From: Gammaproteobacteria bacterium
Lineage (GTDB): Bacteria; Pseudomonadota; Gammaproteobacteria; SURF-13
Assembly (NCBI GenBank): GCA_003599485.1
Contig: QZKM01000025.1
Span: 2,577-66,576, forward strand
Direction of reading: 5' to 3'
DNA: 64,000 bases
Within the stretch, counting starts at the first letter, position 1; each line of letters opens with the position of its first letter. The translations under genes and the position numbers were made by a program. This document shows positions 1-11,546 of this stretch, in pieces. A model generated the notes under the pieces. It had not been told where the DNA came from and did no database searches. It saw only the letters and a program-made list of their open reading frames with translations.

Positions 1-307
<307 letters not shown>

Positions 308-1495
308 TCAGTCTCCCGCCGCCGCCACGGCCCAAACGCCGTTTTGTTTCACCAGCACACGGTCGCACTGCATGTCGCGCGCGCCGCCGCTTTGACCGGG
401 CAGTTCCATGACCACGCGCTCGCCCTGCGCGCGCAGTTCGGAAATCTTCGCGTGCAGCGCGGCATCCTCCAGCGTGGGAGCGTAAATCCCGCGCGCGGCG
501 GAAGGCGCCGCGGGCATGAGGCCGAGCAGGGTTTTGATATCGGTGCTGAAGCCGGTGGCGGGGCGTGCGCGTCCGAACACCTTGCCGACGTCGTCATAGC
601 GTCCGCCCTGCGCGACGGCTTGGCCATGACCGGGCACGAAGGCGGCGAACACCACGCCGGTGTGATAAGCGTAGCCGCGCAATTCGGCCAGATCGAAGTA
701 CAGCGGCACGCCGCCGAAGCGCTGTTCTGCGGCTTGTGCGATCACCTTGAGCTTGGCGAGCGCGTCACCGACCGCTTGCGGCGCGCCGCGCAGACGCTGT
801 TCCGCATCAATCAGGACTTCGGCGCCGCCGTTCAACTCCGCAAGGCACAGCAGGCGCGCATGTTGTTTTTTATCGAGCTTGAGCCGCACGAGCAATTCTT
901 CGATCTCCGGCAGCGCCTTGCGCTGCAGGGCGTCGAACAGTTCCGACTCCCGTGCGGCGTCGAGGCCGGCGTCGCTGGCCAGCGCGCGGAAGATACCCAC
1001 GTGGCCGAGGTCTACATGAAAATCCCTGATGCCGGTGAGACGCAGTGTTTCCACCATCAGCGCCAGCACCTCGGCGTCGCTCTCGATGCCAGCGTGGCCG
1101 AATAGTTCCGCGCCGGCTTGCAAAGGGTTGCGCGTGCGCGCGAATCCATCGGGCCGCGTGTGCAGCACGCCGCCGAAATAACACAAGCGCGTGGGGGTGT
1201 TGCGTTTCAGGTAATGCGCGTCTATGCGCGCCACCTGCGGCGTCATGTCGGCGCTCACCCCCATCAGACGCCCGCTGAGCGGATCGGTAAGCTTGAAGGT
1301 TTGCAGGTCGAGATCGTTGCCGGTTCCGGTGAGCAGCGCTTCCAGATATTCGATCAAGGGCGGCACGACCAACTCATAGCCCCAGCACTGGAATAAATCC
1401 AGCAGCCGACGGCGCAACTGCTCCAGACGCCGCGCCTGCGGCGGCAACACTTCTTCGATACCTTCGGGCAGCAGCCAGCGGTCGTGAGTGGGCAT
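308..1495 (-). CDS. hisZ: ATP phosphoribosyltransferase regulatory subunit
   Basis: [12 protein letters not shown] start, [25 protein letters not shown]; usual position upstream of purA. Confidence 0.95.
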   Translation of the reverse strand: MPTHDRWLLPEGIEEVLPPQARRLEQLRRRLLDLFQCWGYELVVPPLIEYLEALLTGTGNDLDLQTFKLTDPLSGRLMGVSADMTPQVARIDAHYLKRNTPTRLCYFGGVLHTRPDGFARTRNPLQAGAELFGHAGIESDAEVLALMVETLRLTGIRDFHVDLGHVGIFRALASDAGLDAARESELFDALQRKALPEIEELLVRLKLDKKQHARLLCLAELNGGAEVLIDAEQRLRGAPQAVGDALAKLKVIAQAAEQRFGGVPLYFDLAELRGYAYHTGVVFAAFVPGHGQAVAQGGRYDDVGKVFGRARPATGFSTDIKTLLGLMPAAPSAARGIYAPTLEDAALHAKISELRAQGERVVMELPGQSGGARDMQCDRVLVKQNGVWAVAAAGD

Positions 1496-1514
1496 GGAGG
1501 GAATGATAAAGCGG

Positions 1515-1700
1515 TTAGTGCACGATATAAAGCAAGGTCAGGCCCAGCAGCATGCTCACCAGACCCGCCATGCGCAGCGCCATATCATCCATTTGGTTAA
1601 TCATGAGCAACAGGCGCCGCACCCCGGCGGGATTCAGAAACGGCGCGATGCCTTCTATCACCAGCAGCAGCGCAAAGGCGCTCAGCAGTGTTTCCCACAT
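1515..1700 (-). CDS. DUF2065 (YjeT-like) small membrane protein
   Basis: 61 aa, hydrophobic, [12 protein letters not shown] motif; usual position after hflC. Confidence 0.9.
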   Translation of the reverse strand: MWETLLSAFALLLVIEGIAPFLNPAGVRRLLLMINQMDDMALRMAGLVSMLLGLTLLYIVH

Positions 1701-1716
1701 ACTCAGGCGCAGCGCA

Positions 1717-2595
1717 TCACGGTTTGCCTTTTCCGTACTGGTCCTTGAAGTATTTAAAGAACTCCGAATCGGGATCTATCACCAGCACATCGCTCTTGTC
1801 GCGGAAGGTGTTTTTATACGCATTCAGGCTGCGGTACAGCGAGTAGAATTCCGCATCGCTGCCGAAGGCCTTGGCGTAAATACCCGACGCCTGCGCATCG
1901 CCTTCACCGCGGATGCGCTCCGCCTCCCGGTAAGCCTCGGCGAGGATCACCGTGCGCTGCCGGTCGGCGTCCGCCCTGATGAGTTCCGCCGCCTCGGCGC
2001 CGCGGGCGCGGAATTCGCGCGCCGCGCGCGCGCGTTCCGCGCGCATGCGGTCATACACCGAACTGCTCACCTCCTTGGGCAAGTCCACGCGGCGCAGGCG
2101 CACGTCTACCACCTCGATGCCCAATTCCTTGGCCTGCTCGGTAGCCTCTCTCTTGACGATATCTATGATTTGCGCGCGGTCGCCGGATACCACGTCCTGC
2201 AAGGTGCGCTTGGCGAACTCGCCGCGCAGGCCCTTTTTGATGATCTGGAACAGGTTCGCGCCCGCGCGCGCCGGATCGCCGCCGGTGGCCGTGTAGTAAC
2301 GCGCCACGTCCACGATACGCCACTTGACGTAGGAATCCACCAGCACGCTCTTCTTTTCCACCGTGAGATAGTCTTCCGGCTCGGCGTCCAGCGTCTGGAT
2401 GCGCGCGTCGAATTTTTTTACGTTGTAAAAAACCGGAAGCAGGGCGTACAGGCCAGGCTTGAAATCGGTGCGCACGATTTCGCCCAGGCGGAACAGAATG
2501 GCGCGCTCGCGCTGGTGCACGGTAAACAGCGAAGCATAAAGGATTAACAGTGCGCCCAACCCGATAATCAGGGCCAATGTCTTCTTGTCCGTCAT
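1717..2595 (-). CDS. hflC: FtsH protease modulator HflC
   Basis: SPFH domain, VYDRMRAER, FYSLYRSL, DSEFFKYF. Confidence 0.95.
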   Translation of the reverse strand: MTDKKTLALIIGLGALLILYASLFTVHQRERAILFRLGEIVRTDFKPGLYALLPVFYNVKKFDARIQTLDAEPEDYLTVEKKSVLVDSYVKWRIVDVARYYTATGGDPARAGANLFQIIKKGLRGEFAKRTLQDVVSGDRAQIIDIVKREATEQAKELGIEVVDVRLRRVDLPKEVSSSVYDRMRAERARAAREFRARGAEAAELIRADADRQRTVILAEAYREAERIRGEGDAQASGIYAKAFGSDAEFYSLYRSLNAYKNTFRDKSDVLVIDPDSEFFKYFKDQYGKGKP

Positions 2596-3788
2596 CAGCG
2601 TTCTCCTCTTTCACGCCCGCGCTCACGCGCATCGCCGCGCTGAGCGGCGGACGCGGCCGAGTCCTGGCCCTCCTGGGTCTGGGCGGCGGCCGGCGGCAAC
2701 AGGCGCTCCAGCGCCTTGTCGGCGGGCTGGGCCGGCGCGCCGCTCATGCGGTCAAGCGGCAGGTACAGCAGGTTGCCGCTGCCTTTAACGTCCACCATCA
2801 CCTTCCCCGCGCTGGCGAGCACGGATTCCATCGCCTCCAGATATAAGCGCTCGCGCGTCACCGCGGGCGCTTTGCGGTACTCGGCGAGCACCTGCATGAA
2901 GCGGTTCGCCTCGCCCGAGGCCTGGGAAATCACCCTGGATTTGTAGGCTTCGGCTTCCTGCAACTGGCGCGACGCCGCGCCGCGCGCCACCGGCACAATG
3001 CCGTTGGCGTAGGTCTGCGCCTCATTGATTAAGCGCTGTTCATCTTCGCGCGAACGCACCACGTCCAGAAACGCATCGCGCACCTCCACCGGGGCGGTGG
3101 CCTGCTGCATATTGACGCTGGTTATCTGTAACCCGGTGCCGTAGCGGTCCAGAATATCCTGGATCAGCTTCTCAAGCTGCGGCTCGATCTCCTTGCGGCC
3201 CTCGGCGATAATCAAATCCATGTTGTTCTTGCCGACGATCTCACGCACCGCGCTCTCCGTGACCTGGATGAGGGTAGCGTCCGGATCACGCACATTGAAC
3301 AGATAGTCGGTCGCATCCTTGATTTTATATTGCACGGCGAGCTTGAGGTCTACGATGTTTTCGTCCTTGGTCAGAATCAGCGACCCCCCGCCGGCGCCGT
3401 CAGCCGCCGCGCGCATGCCGATTTCCACGCGGCCAATCTGATCCACGTTGACCACCTCGACCCTTTCGATGGGATAAGGCCAGTGCCAATGCGGACCGGG
3501 CAAGGTAGTCACCGTGTATCTTCCGAAGCGCAGTTCCACGCCGCGTTCGGCGGGATCAATGATGTATATGCCGGAGAGCAGCCAGACAACCGCGATCACC
3601 CCGCCTATCAGCCAGGCGCCGCGCGCATTCACGGGGGCCCCGTTACCCCCGCCCTTGTCTCCGCCAAGCAGGCCGCTCAGTTTTTTCTGGAAACGGCGCA
3701 GCATTTCGTCCAGGTCGGGCGGACCGCTCTCGCCGCCGCGCCTGCCCCAAGGGTCTTTGCCGCCGCCACCCGGTTCATTCCAAGCCAT
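2595..3788 (-). CDS. hflK: FtsH protease modulator HflK
   Basis: MAWNEPG...DPWG...GPPDLDE start, APAVTRERLYLE, NLLYLPLD. Confidence 0.97.
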   Translation of the reverse strand: MAWNEPGGGGKDPWGRRGGESGPPDLDEMLRRFQKKLSGLLGGDKGGGNGAPVNARGAWLIGGVIAVVWLLSGIYIIDPAERGVELRFGRYTVTTLPGPHWHWPYPIERVEVVNVDQIGRVEIGMRAAADGAGGGSLILTKDENIVDLKLAVQYKIKDATDYLFNVRDPDATLIQVTESAVREIVGKNNMDLIIAEGRKEIEPQLEKLIQDILDRYGTGLQITSVNMQQATAPVEVRDAFLDVVRSREDEQRLINEAQTYANGIVPVARGAASRQLQEAEAYKSRVISQASGEANRFMQVLAEYRKAPAVTRERLYLEAMESVLASAGKVMVDVKGSGNLLYLPLDRMSGAPAQPADKALERLLPPAAAQTQEGQDSAASAAQRGDARERGRERGER

Positions 3789-3820
3789 GATTCACTCCTA
3801 GTTCACCCGGCACCTGCCGG

Positions 3821-4996
3821 TTATAGTGCTTCGGCCAGTCGATGATCTTCAAGCTCGACCGTCTCGCGTTCATCCCGGTTTGCGTTGCATTGTCCGGCGG
3901 CGTGTTCAGCCAGCGCCAGGCGCAGTAGATCCAGCCCCACGCCGGTTGCGGCCGAAAGCCAGATGCGCTTTACGCTTCCGTCATGATGGCGCTCCAGGCG
4001 CGGAGCACCATTTTCCAGCAGATCAATCTTGTTGTACACCTCAATCTGGGGAATATCCTGCGCGCCGATCTCCTGCAACACCTGGTTGACCTGCTCGCTG
4101 CGTTCCCGATGCCGGGGGTCGCCTGCGTCCACCACGTGCAACAGCAGACACGCCAGGCGCGTTTCCTCCAGCGTGGCGCGAAACGCCGCCACCAGATCGT
4201 GCGGCAGGTCGCGGATAAAGCCCACGGTGTCGGCGAGGATGACGGACGCGGCGCCCGGCAGCTCAACGCGGCGCAAGGTGGGGTCGAGCGTGGCAAAGAG
4301 TTGATCGGCGGCGTAAACCCTGGCGCCGGTGAGGACGTTAAACAGGGTGGATTTTCCGGCATTGGTGTAACCCACCAGCGACACCGTGGGCAGCGCGGCC
4401 TTGCTGCGCCGCTTTCTTCCCTGCGCGCGCTGTTGCTGCACCTTGTGCAGACGCTTTTGCACCTGCTTGATGCACCCGGCGATCAGGCGCCGGTCGCTTT
4501 CGAGCTGGGTTTCACCGGGACCGCCGCGCAAGCCGATACCACCCTTTTGCCGCTCCAGGTGAGTCCAGCCGCGCACCAGGCGCGTCGAGATGTGCTGTAA
4601 CTGGGCAAGCTCCACTTGCAGTTTTCCTTCGTGGGTCTGGGCGCGGCGCGCGAAGATGTCCAGTATCAATCCGGTGCGATCCAGCACGCGGCAGTTGAGC
4701 AGGCGTTGCAGGTTGCGTTCCTGTGACGGGCTGAGTTCATGGTTGAATACCGCCACCGCGGCCTGCTCGCGCGCGACCGCGTTGCGTATCTCTTCGGCCT
4801 TGCCGCTGCCGACGTAATATTGCGGATCGGGTTTCCTGCGCGTCCCGCCGACTGCGGCCACCGGGATCACGCCCGCCGAGCGCGCCAGTTCGCGCAGTTC
4901 GGCGAGTTCAGCGGCTTGGTCCTGTCCCTGCCGTTCCATCTGCACCAGCACCGCCCGTTCCGCTCCCGGCGGGCGGGTACGCGCACGGTCAAACAA
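3821..4996 (-). CDS. hflX: Ribosome-splitting GTPase HflX
   Basis: GWTHLERQKGGIG, GPGETQLESDRR, GYTNAGKS, DTVGF, NKID. Confidence 0.97.
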   Translation of the reverse strand: MFDRARTRPPGAERAVLVQMERQGQDQAAELAELRELARSAGVIPVAAVGGTRRKPDPQYYVGSGKAEEIRNAVAREQAAVAVFNHELSPSQERNLQRLLNCRVLDRTGLILDIFARRAQTHEGKLQVELAQLQHISTRLVRGWTHLERQKGGIGLRGGPGETQLESDRRLIAGCIKQVQKRLHKVQQQRAQGRKRRSKAALPTVSLVGYTNAGKSTLFNVLTGARVYAADQLFATLDPTLRRVELPGAASVILADTVGFIRDLPHDLVAAFRATLEETRLACLLLHVVDAGDPRHRERSEQVNQVLQEIGAQDIPQIEVYNKIDLLENGAPRLERHHDGSVKRIWLSAATGVGLDLLRLALAEHAAGQCNANRDERETVELEDHRLAEAL

Positions 4997-5007
4997 TCAC
5001 GCACCTC

Positions 5008-5256
5008 TCAATCACCGGCATCCGGCTTGTCCATCTCGGCAAGAGGCAGCTTGATATTGCGCGCGGGCACCACCGTGGAGATGGCGTGCTTGTAAACCAT
5101 CTGGCTTACGGTATTTTTGAGCAGCACCACAAACTGGTCGAACGATTCGATCTGGCCCTGCAGCTTGATGCCGTTGGTAAGATAAATGGAGACCGGTACG
5201 CCTTCTTTGCGCAGGGCGTTTAAAAAGGGGTCCTGCAGTGATTTGCCTTTGGTCAT
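5008..5256 (-). CDS. hfq: RNA chaperone Hfq
   Basis: [12 protein letters not shown]...NGIKLQG...SFDQFV...[12 protein letters not shown]; ATG at 5256 is well spaced from an AAGGAGG RBS. Confidence 0.98.
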   Translation of the reverse strand: MTKGKSLQDPFLNALRKEGVPVSIYLTNGIKLQGQIESFDQFVVLLKNTVSQMVYKHAISTVVPARNIKLPLAEMDKPDAGD

Positions 5257-5328
5257 CTTCACCCTCCTTTTGTCGTTTTCATGTCAGGGTCGCCTTGCAA
5301 CAGCCACTACACGCCCATCGCCAAACCT

Positions 5329-6279
5329 TTAGTTGGCGGCGGCGGCGCAATAGTTCAATACCTTGGCGGTAATATCTGTATCCAGGCTGTCAAACCACGT
5401 CACGCCCGGCTCCGAACGCAGCCAGGTAAGTTGGCGTTTTGCCAATTGGCGTGTCGCTATAATAGCGCGTTTTACCATCTCCTCGCAATTGAACTCCCCG
5501 TGCAGATGCCGCCAGACCTGGCGGTAGCCGACCGCGCGCAGGGCCGGTGTATCCAGGCCCAAATCCCCACGCTGTTTAAGGGTTTTCACCTCTTCGATCA
5601 GGCCGCGCCGCAACATGTCATGAAACCGTGCGCCGATGCGTTCGTGCAGCACGGCGCGCTCTGCGGGCGCGAGGGCGATTTTCTGGATGCGGTACGGCAA
5701 CGGCGCACGCGGCGCGGCGCGGTAAAGTTCGCTCATCGGCACGCCACGCAACTCGCACACCTCCAGTGCGCGCTGGATGCGTTGCGCGTCGTTAGGGTGA
5801 ATGCGTGCGGCGGATACAGGGTCAAGCTGCGCCAAACGCGCGTGCAGAGCCGCCCAGCCGTGCTGTTCCGCTTCGGCGGCGAGGCGCGCGCGCAGCGCGG
5901 GATCGGCGCCCGGCAGTTCTGAAAGACCGTGCTCCAGCGCGCGAAAGTACAGCAGGGTGCCGCCCGCCAGCAGCGGAATGCGCCCGCGCCGCGCGGTCTC
6001 CTCCATCTCGCGCAGCGCGTCAAGACTGAACTGCGCCGCCGAATACGGCTCGGCCGGATCGCGGATATCTATCAGCCGGTGCGGCGCGCGCGCCAGCACT
6101 TCGGGCGGCGGTTTCGCCGTGCCGATGTCCATGCCGCGGTACACCATGCCGGAGTCCACGCTGATGATGTCGCATGGCAACGCCTCGGCCAGACGCAACG
6201 CAAGATCGGTCTTGCCGGAGGCGGTCGGTCCCATCAGAAAAATGGCGGGAGGCAACATAACATCAAGGTGCGAATTCAT
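5329..6279 (-). CDS. miaA: tRNA dimethylallyltransferase
   Basis: [37 protein letters not shown]; start is 6279 or 6258. Confidence 0.96.
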   Translation of the reverse strand: MNSHLDVMLPPAIFLMGPTASGKTDLALRLAEALPCDIISVDSGMVYRGMDIGTAKPPPEVLARAPHRLIDIRDPAEPYSAAQFSLDALREMEETARRGRIPLLAGGTLLYFRALEHGLSELPGADPALRARLAAEAEQHGWAALHARLAQLDPVSAARIHPNDAQRIQRALEVCELRGVPMSELYRAAPRAPLPYRIQKIALAPAERAVLHERIGARFHDMLRRGLIEEVKTLKQRGDLGLDTPALRAVGYRQVWRHLHGEFNCEEMVKRAIIATRQLAKRQLTWLRSEPGVTWFDSLDTDITAKVLNYCAAAAN

Positions 6280-6308
6280 TCGCAAACAGACAGCCGAATT
6301 TGCCGGCC

Positions 6309-8078
6309 CTACCGCCCCCTCATAAACAGTTTGTCCAGCGCCGTCATATCGAGCTGCACCCAGGTGGGGCGGCCGTGATTGCACTGGTTGCTGCGCGAGG
6401 TAGCCTCCATGTCGCGCAGCAGGGCGTTCATCTCCGCGAGACTGAGCTTGCGCCGCGCGCGCACCGCGGCGTGACAGGCCATGCCGCCCAGAATTTCATT
6501 CATTCTTTCATCCAGGCGCGCGCTGGTCCCGTGGGTCACAATATCCGCCAGCGCGTCTCGCACCAGCGCGGCGGCATCCACCTCGCCGAGCAGAGCGGGG
6601 ACTTGCCGGATCAGCACCGTTTCCGGCCCGGCACGGCTGATTTCAAAACCCAGCTTGTTTAAAAGTTCGCCATGCCGTTCGGCGGCCTGCGCCTCATGCT
6701 CGCTTACGCTCACGCTGACCGGCGCCAGCAGCGGCTGCGCGCGCACGCCTTCGTCTTGCAGCGCGTCTTTCATGCGTTCATAAAGTATGCGCTCGTGCGC
6801 GGCGTGCATATCCACCAGCACCAGGCCGCTCTGGTTCCCGGCCAGGATATAAACGCCCTGTAGCTGGGCCAGGGCGTAACCCAGAGGCGGCATGTCTTGC
6901 GCGGAGGCGGCTTCCGGCATGGGTGCGCCGTGCAGGGCGTGATAGGCGCCAATCTGCTCGCGCACCTGCAAAACATCGGGACGCGTTCGCAGCGGCGGAG
7001 GTGAAGATTCCGCAGCGGGCAACGGCATGGCCTGTTGCGTGTGTGCCGCCGCCGGTGGCCGGGCGGCGGAACCGGTCTGGCCCGCGCGCGTTCCGGCCAG
7101 GGCCTGCTGCACCGCGCGATACAGAAAATCATGCGCCAGACGCCCGGTGCGGAAACGCACTTCATGTTTGGCCGGGTGCACGTTCACGTCCACCTCTTCC
7201 GGCGGCAGAGTGAAGTACAGCACATAGGCCGGATGGCGTCCGTGATACAGCACATCCTGGTAAGCCTGGCGCAGCGCGTGGCTCACCAGCTTGTCGCGCA
7301 CCAGGCGCCCGTTGAGATAAAAATACTGCATATCGGCCTGGCTGCGCGAGAAGGTGGGCAGGCCTATCCAGCCGCTCACGTGCAGCGGCCCGGCCTCAAA
7401 TTCCATATTGAGCGCCTGCATCATGAAATTTTCGCCGCACAGCGCGGCCACGCGCCGCTCCTGCCCTTCATCGCCGCGCAGCGCGAACACCGTGCGCTCA
7501 TGATGGCGCAGCGTGAAACCGGCGCCGGCGCGCGACAGGGCCAGGCGCTTGACCGTCTCGTGCAGGTGATCGAACTCGGTCTGTTCGCTCCGCAGAAACT
7601 TGCGCCGCGCGGGAATGTTGTGAAACAGGTCGCGCACCTCCACCGTGGTGCCGACGGGGTGCGGCGTGGGGCGCGGCGCGCCGGACTCATCGCCCGTGAT
7701 GATCCAGCCATGGGTGTCTTCCGCGCTGCGCGAGGCGAGGCTGAGGCGCGCCACGGAACCGATGCTGGGCAGCGCCTCGCCGCGAAAACCGAGGCTCTGC
7801 ACCCGCTCCAGATCGCCCAGGTTTTGTATCTTGCTGGTGGCGTGGCGGCTCAGGGCTAGCGCGAGGTCTTCCTTGCGGATGCCGCAGCCATCATCGCGCA
7901 CCCGCATCAGGCGCACGCCGCCCTGCTCCACTTCGATTTCAATCTGGCGCGCGCCCGCGTCCAGGCTGTTTTCCACCAGTTCCTTGATGACCGAAGCGGG
8001 CCGCTCCACCACCTCACCGGCGGCGATCTGGCTGATGAGTACATCGGGCAGGCGCTGAATGCGCGGCGCTTCGGACAA
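6309..8078 (-). CDS. mutL: DNA mismatch repair protein MutL
   Basis: [18 protein letters not shown], endonuclease motif [19 protein letters not shown]; TTG start after GAGAGG. Confidence 0.97.
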   Translation of the reverse strand: MSEAPRIQRLPDVLISQIAAGEVVERPASVIKELVENSLDAGARQIEIEVEQGGVRLMRVRDDGCGIRKEDLALALSRHATSKIQNLGDLERVQSLGFRGEALPSIGSVARLSLASRSAEDTHGWIITGDESGAPRPTPHPVGTTVEVRDLFHNIPARRKFLRSEQTEFDHLHETVKRLALSRAGAGFTLRHHERTVFALRGDEGQERRVAALCGENFMMQALNMEFEAGPLHVSGWIGLPTFSRSQADMQYFYLNGRLVRDKLVSHALRQAYQDVLYHGRHPAYVLYFTLPPEEVDVNVHPAKHEVRFRTGRLAHDFLYRAVQQALAGTRAGQTGSAARPPAAAHTQQAMPLPAAESSPPPLRTRPDVLQVREQIGAYHALHGAPMPEAASAQDMPPLGYALAQLQGVYILAGNQSGLVLVDMHAAHERILYERMKDALQDEGVRAQPLLAPVSVSVSEHEAQAAERHGELLNKLGFEISRAGPETVLIRQVPALLGEVDAAALVRDALADIVTHGTSARLDERMNEILGGMACHAAVRARRKLSLAEMNALLRDMEATSRSNQCNHGRPTWVQLDMTALDKLFMRGR

Positions 8079-8152
8079 CGGAAACCTCTCGGACAGGGTT
8101 GTTTGACCCGTATAGTATAAGGTCAAAAGCTCCAGCCCAACTCTCTGTGCAT

Positions 8153-8175
8153 GCCCCCCTTTTACAAAGAGGGGA
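8153..8175. repeat. Short REP-like hairpin (CCCCCCTTTT-AC-AAAGAGGGG) between amiB and mutL
   Basis: Imperfect C-run/G-run palindrome seen in the intergenic region. Confidence 0.35.
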
Positions 8176-8208
8176 TACGCTGAAGAGCGGAGGATTATCT
8201 TGATTTAT

Positions 8209-9423
8209 TTAGAGCCGGCGCGCCGAGGGGTTCGCCCCCTCATCCTGCGCCACGGTACGTTTACGCCGGGCTTCCTCGGCCAGCACGGTGCCGGGCGGAG
8301 CTTTGCGGGTGAAATACTCGCGCACGCCTTTCATTACCGCCTGGGCGAGTTTTTCCTGATGACGCGCGTCGCGCAGTTTTTGTTCCTCGCGCGGATTGGA
8401 GATGAACGCGGTCTCGATCAGGATGGAAGGCACATCCGGCGACTTCAGCACCATGAATCCGGCCTGTTGCACCTCCGATTTATGCAAATCGCCCACGCCG
8501 TCCAGTTCGGACAGCACGCTGGAGGCGACGTCGTGGCTCGCTTCTATGGTTGCGGTCTGCGACAGGTCGAGCAGCACCGAGGCGAGCAGGTCATCCTTGT
8601 CATTGAGGCTCACGCCGCCCACCAGGTCGGCGGCGTTCTCGCGCTCCGCCAGCCAGCGCGCGGCCTCGCTGGAGGCGCCGCGCGGCGACAGGGTGAACAC
8701 CGAGGAGCCGCGCGCTTCGGGACGTAGAAAGGCATCGGCGTGTATGGATACGAACAGGTCCGCTTTGTGCTCGCGCGCCTTGTTGATGCGTCCCCGCAGG
8801 CTCACATAGTAATCGCCGTCGCGCGTCAACACGGCCTTCATGCCGTGCTCCTTATTGATGAGCGCGGCGAGCTTGCGCGCGATGGCGAGAGTGATGGTTT
8901 TTTCATGGGTGCCGCGCTTGCCGAGCGCGCCGGGGTCTTCGCCGCCGTGACCGGCGTCTATCGCCACCACCACATCGCGCAATGGAACAGCGGGTTTGGC
9001 CTCACGCGGTTGTTCCACGGCGGCCTTGGCCGCCGCAGCGGGATACAAGTCCACTACCAGACGGTGGCCGTATTGTTCGTAAGGCTTGAGGGTAAAGCTT
9101 TTGGCCTCGACGCCGGGTTTGATTTGCAGCGTAAGGCTGGCGCCGTCCAGGGCGGGCAGGCTTTCGATTTTGCCGAGCAAGCCCTTCTTGCCGTCGTAGG
9201 CGGGCAGCGGACTCACCAGGCGCGCATCGCTGATCTGGATTTCAATCCGGCCCGCCTGCCGGGTGAGCTGATACTGCACCGGCCCGCTCAAGTCCAGCAC
9301 CAAACGGGTGTTGTCCGGGGCGGGCCAGATGCGCACGCCTTGAATATCCACTGGCGCGGCGGCAAGCGGCATCGCCATCGCCGTCAGTATCAGCATTAGC
9401 GCTGCGCCCAGGCGTCTCATCAT
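8209..9423 (-). CDS. amiB: N-acetylmuramoyl-L-alanine amidase (AMIN + amidase_3; AmiB/AmiC type)
   Basis: Signal peptide, IDAGHGGEDPGA, FVSIHAD, PSILIETAFISN; lies between tsaE and mutL. Confidence 0.9.
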   Translation of the reverse strand: MMRRLGAALMLILTAMAMPLAAAPVDIQGVRIWPAPDNTRLVLDLSGPVQYQLTRQAGRIEIQISDARLVSPLPAYDGKKGLLGKIESLPALDGASLTLQIKPGVEAKSFTLKPYEQYGHRLVVDLYPAAAAKAAVEQPREAKPAVPLRDVVVAIDAGHGGEDPGALGKRGTHEKTITLAIARKLAALINKEHGMKAVLTRDGDYYVSLRGRINKAREHKADLFVSIHADAFLRPEARGSSVFTLSPRGASSEAARWLAERENAADLVGGVSLNDKDDLLASVLLDLSQTATIEASHDVASSVLSELDGVGDLHKSEVQQAGFMVLKSPDVPSILIETAFISNPREEQKLRDARHQEKLAQAVMKGVREYFTRKAPPGTVLAEEARRKRTVAQDEGANPSARRL

Positions 9424-9450
9424 TCACTTCTCCCGCAGGGGTTTTCCATA

Positions 9451-9479
9451 AATTTACTCTATAAAAATTTATTTTGCAA
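9451..9479 (-). promoter_or_regulatory. Putative sigma70 promoter for amiB-mutL-miaA
   Basis: Minus strand TTGCAA-N17-TAAATT in an AT-rich spacer. Confidence 0.5.
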
Positions 9480-9510
9480 GTATTTTATGGAGTTACAGTT
9501 TAAACTTCGA

Positions 9511-9993
9511 CTAATTTAACGACTGTGGGCGCCAATCCGCCATCGCACGCCGTATTTCCTCGCCCCGCGCTGTTTTTGCATTCAAATTCAAGGACCTGCC
9601 ATGATTATCCGGGCTTAGCGTGAGCGCGATATCCGGTTCCGGCAGCACACCGGCTCCTCGCTCGGGCCATTCAATCAGGCAAACAGCGTGCGCGGTAAAA
9701 TAATCCTCCAGCCCCAGGCTCACTAACTCGGACGTGGAATTAATTCTATATAAATCAAAATGATATAGAGTAAGGCCGGCGAGATCATAGGGCTCGACCA
9801 AGGTAAAGGTCGGGCTCTTCACCGCGCCCTGGTGTCCCAAACCGCGCAGCACGCCGCGCACCAGGGTCGTCTTGCCTGCGCCGAGTTCGCCGCTGAGATA
9901 CATCCTGTCCCCGGCGCGCAGATGCCGCGCCAGTTCCGCGCCGAAGGCCAGCATCGCGGCCTCGTCCGGTATCGCGTAGCCTGTCTCAGGCAC
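9511..9993 (-). CDS. tsaE: tRNA t6A biosynthesis ATPase TsaE
   Basis: GELGAGKTT, VKSPTFTLVEPY, HFDLYR, IEWPE. Confidence 0.97.
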   Translation of the reverse strand: MPETGYAIPDEAAMLAFGAELARHLRAGDRMYLSGELGAGKTTLVRGVLRGLGHQGAVKSPTFTLVEPYDLAGLTLYHFDLYRINSTSELVSLGLEDYFTAHAVCLIEWPERGAGVLPEPDIALTLSPDNHGRSLNLNAKTARGEEIRRAMADWRPQSLN

Positions 9994-11464
9994 GGTTCAC
10001 CAGCGCGCGCAAAGGCGCAAACAAATCGCTTGCCAGCAGGCCGCGCTCGCCGCGCTGCGCGGCTTCATCACCTGCCTGAGCGTGCAGAGACACGCCCAGC
10101 CGCGCGGCGTCGGCCAGCGTCATGCCCTGCGCGCTCAATCCCGCCATCACACCGGTCAACACATCGCCCATGCCCGCGCTCGCCATGCCGGGGTTGCCCG
10201 CCGTGCACACGCCGACCGGCGCACTCTCGGCGGCGATCAATGTGCCCGCGCCTTTCAGCACTGCGACGCCGCCATGTTTCGCTTGCAGTTCCCGCACGGC
10301 GTGATAACGATCACGCTGAATCACGCTGCCCGCGCAATTCAGCAAACGCCCGGCCTCGCCGGGATGCGGCGTCAGTATCCAGTTAGCCCGCGCGCATGGA
10401 TGCTGCGCGAGCAGTGTCAGTGCATCGGCATCCACGATCAGCGGCAAAGAAGTCCGCAGCGCGGCATTGAACAATTCCAGCGCCCAGGGCGACTGGCCAA
10501 GTCCGGGACCGATGGCGATTACATCCGCCTTTTCCAGCAAGGGCTGCAATTGTTCCGCGTTCTCCACGCCGTAGCACAACAATTCCGGGCGCTGCGCGCT
10601 GATATATGACGCATGCGCCGCGCGCGTGGCGACATAAACCAATCCGGCCCCAACACGCGCCGCCGCCTCGGCCGCGAGACGCGCCGCACCCGCCATGCCG
10701 TGATCGCCGCCGATCACCAGCACGCGGCCATAATCGCCCTTGTGCGAATCGCGCGCGCGCAGCTTGAGCCGTGGCAGATTTTCCCGCGTAAGCCGCACGG
10801 CGGCAGGCACAGCGCGCTGAGTAATCTCCTGCGGCACGCCCAGATCATCAAACACCACCTTGCCGCTGTAGTCCAACGCCGCGCCGGTGAACACACCCTG
10901 CTTGAGGGCGAGAAAACTGATAGTGACGCTCGCGCGCACCGCCGCGCCGAGCACCGCGCCGCTGTCCGCATCCAGCCCGGAAGGAATGTCGAGCGCCAGC
11001 ACGTGTTTATGCGCATGATTGACCGCCTCTATCACGTCGCGCCACACGCCGCTCACCTCCCGGTCCAGCCCGATGCCAAACAACGCATCCACAATCAACT
11101 CAGTGTCTTTAAGCCGCGCCGCGGAAAACGGCACTACCTCCACGCCCGCCGCACGTACCGCCTCAAGCGCCGCCCGCGCATCCGCGCGTAAAGCGCCTTC
11201 CTCCCCCATCCGCAATACGCACACCTCCAGCCCGGCATGTTGCGACAACCGCGCCACCACAAATCCGTCGCCGCCGTTATTGCCCGTCCCGCACACCACC
11301 ACCACGCGCCGCGCCTGCGGCCAATGCGCACGCAGCACCTCGAACGCCGCCCGCCCCGCCCGTTCCATCAGCGTCGCGCCGGGAATGCCGCACTCCTCGA
11401 TGGCGACGCGATCGAACTCCCGCACCTGCGCGGCGCGATACAGATTGACAGGGAGGGTGGACAT
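9986..11464 (-). CDS. nnr: Bifunctional NAD(P)H-hydrate epimerase/dehydratase
   Basis: GNNGGDG, DIPSG, SHKGDYG, TPHPGEA, GMGDVLTG. Confidence 0.95.
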   Translation of the reverse strand: MSTLPVNLYRAAQVREFDRVAIEECGIPGATLMERAGRAAFEVLRAHWPQARRVVVVCGTGNNGGDGFVVARLSQHAGLEVCVLRMGEEGALRADARAALEAVRAAGVEVVPFSAARLKDTELIVDALFGIGLDREVSGVWRDVIEAVNHAHKHVLALDIPSGLDADSGAVLGAAVRASVTISFLALKQGVFTGAALDYSGKVVFDDLGVPQEITQRAVPAAVRLTRENLPRLKLRARDSHKGDYGRVLVIGGDHGMAGAARLAAEAAARVGAGLVYVATRAAHASYISAQRPELLCYGVENAEQLQPLLEKADVIAIGPGLGQSPWALELFNAALRTSLPLIVDADALTLLAQHPCARANWILTPHPGEAGRLLNCAGSVIQRDRYHAVRELQAKHGGVAVLKGAGTLIAAESAPVGVCTAGNPGMASAGMGDVLTGVMAGLSAQGMTLADAARLGVSLHAQAGDEAAQRGERGLLASDLFAPLRALVNRA

Positions 11465-11546
11465 GAAGGCTATGGTAAGGCATACGGCCTGTGCACACTA
11501 CAGGGCGCAGGACACAGCTTGATGCCGGAACAGTGAACTACACTCG

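Noticed and set aside
3821-4996. HflX seems to lack the C-terminal domain of E. coli HflX
   Set aside because: Short HflX forms are common and all GTPase motifs are intact, so it is not a pseudogene.
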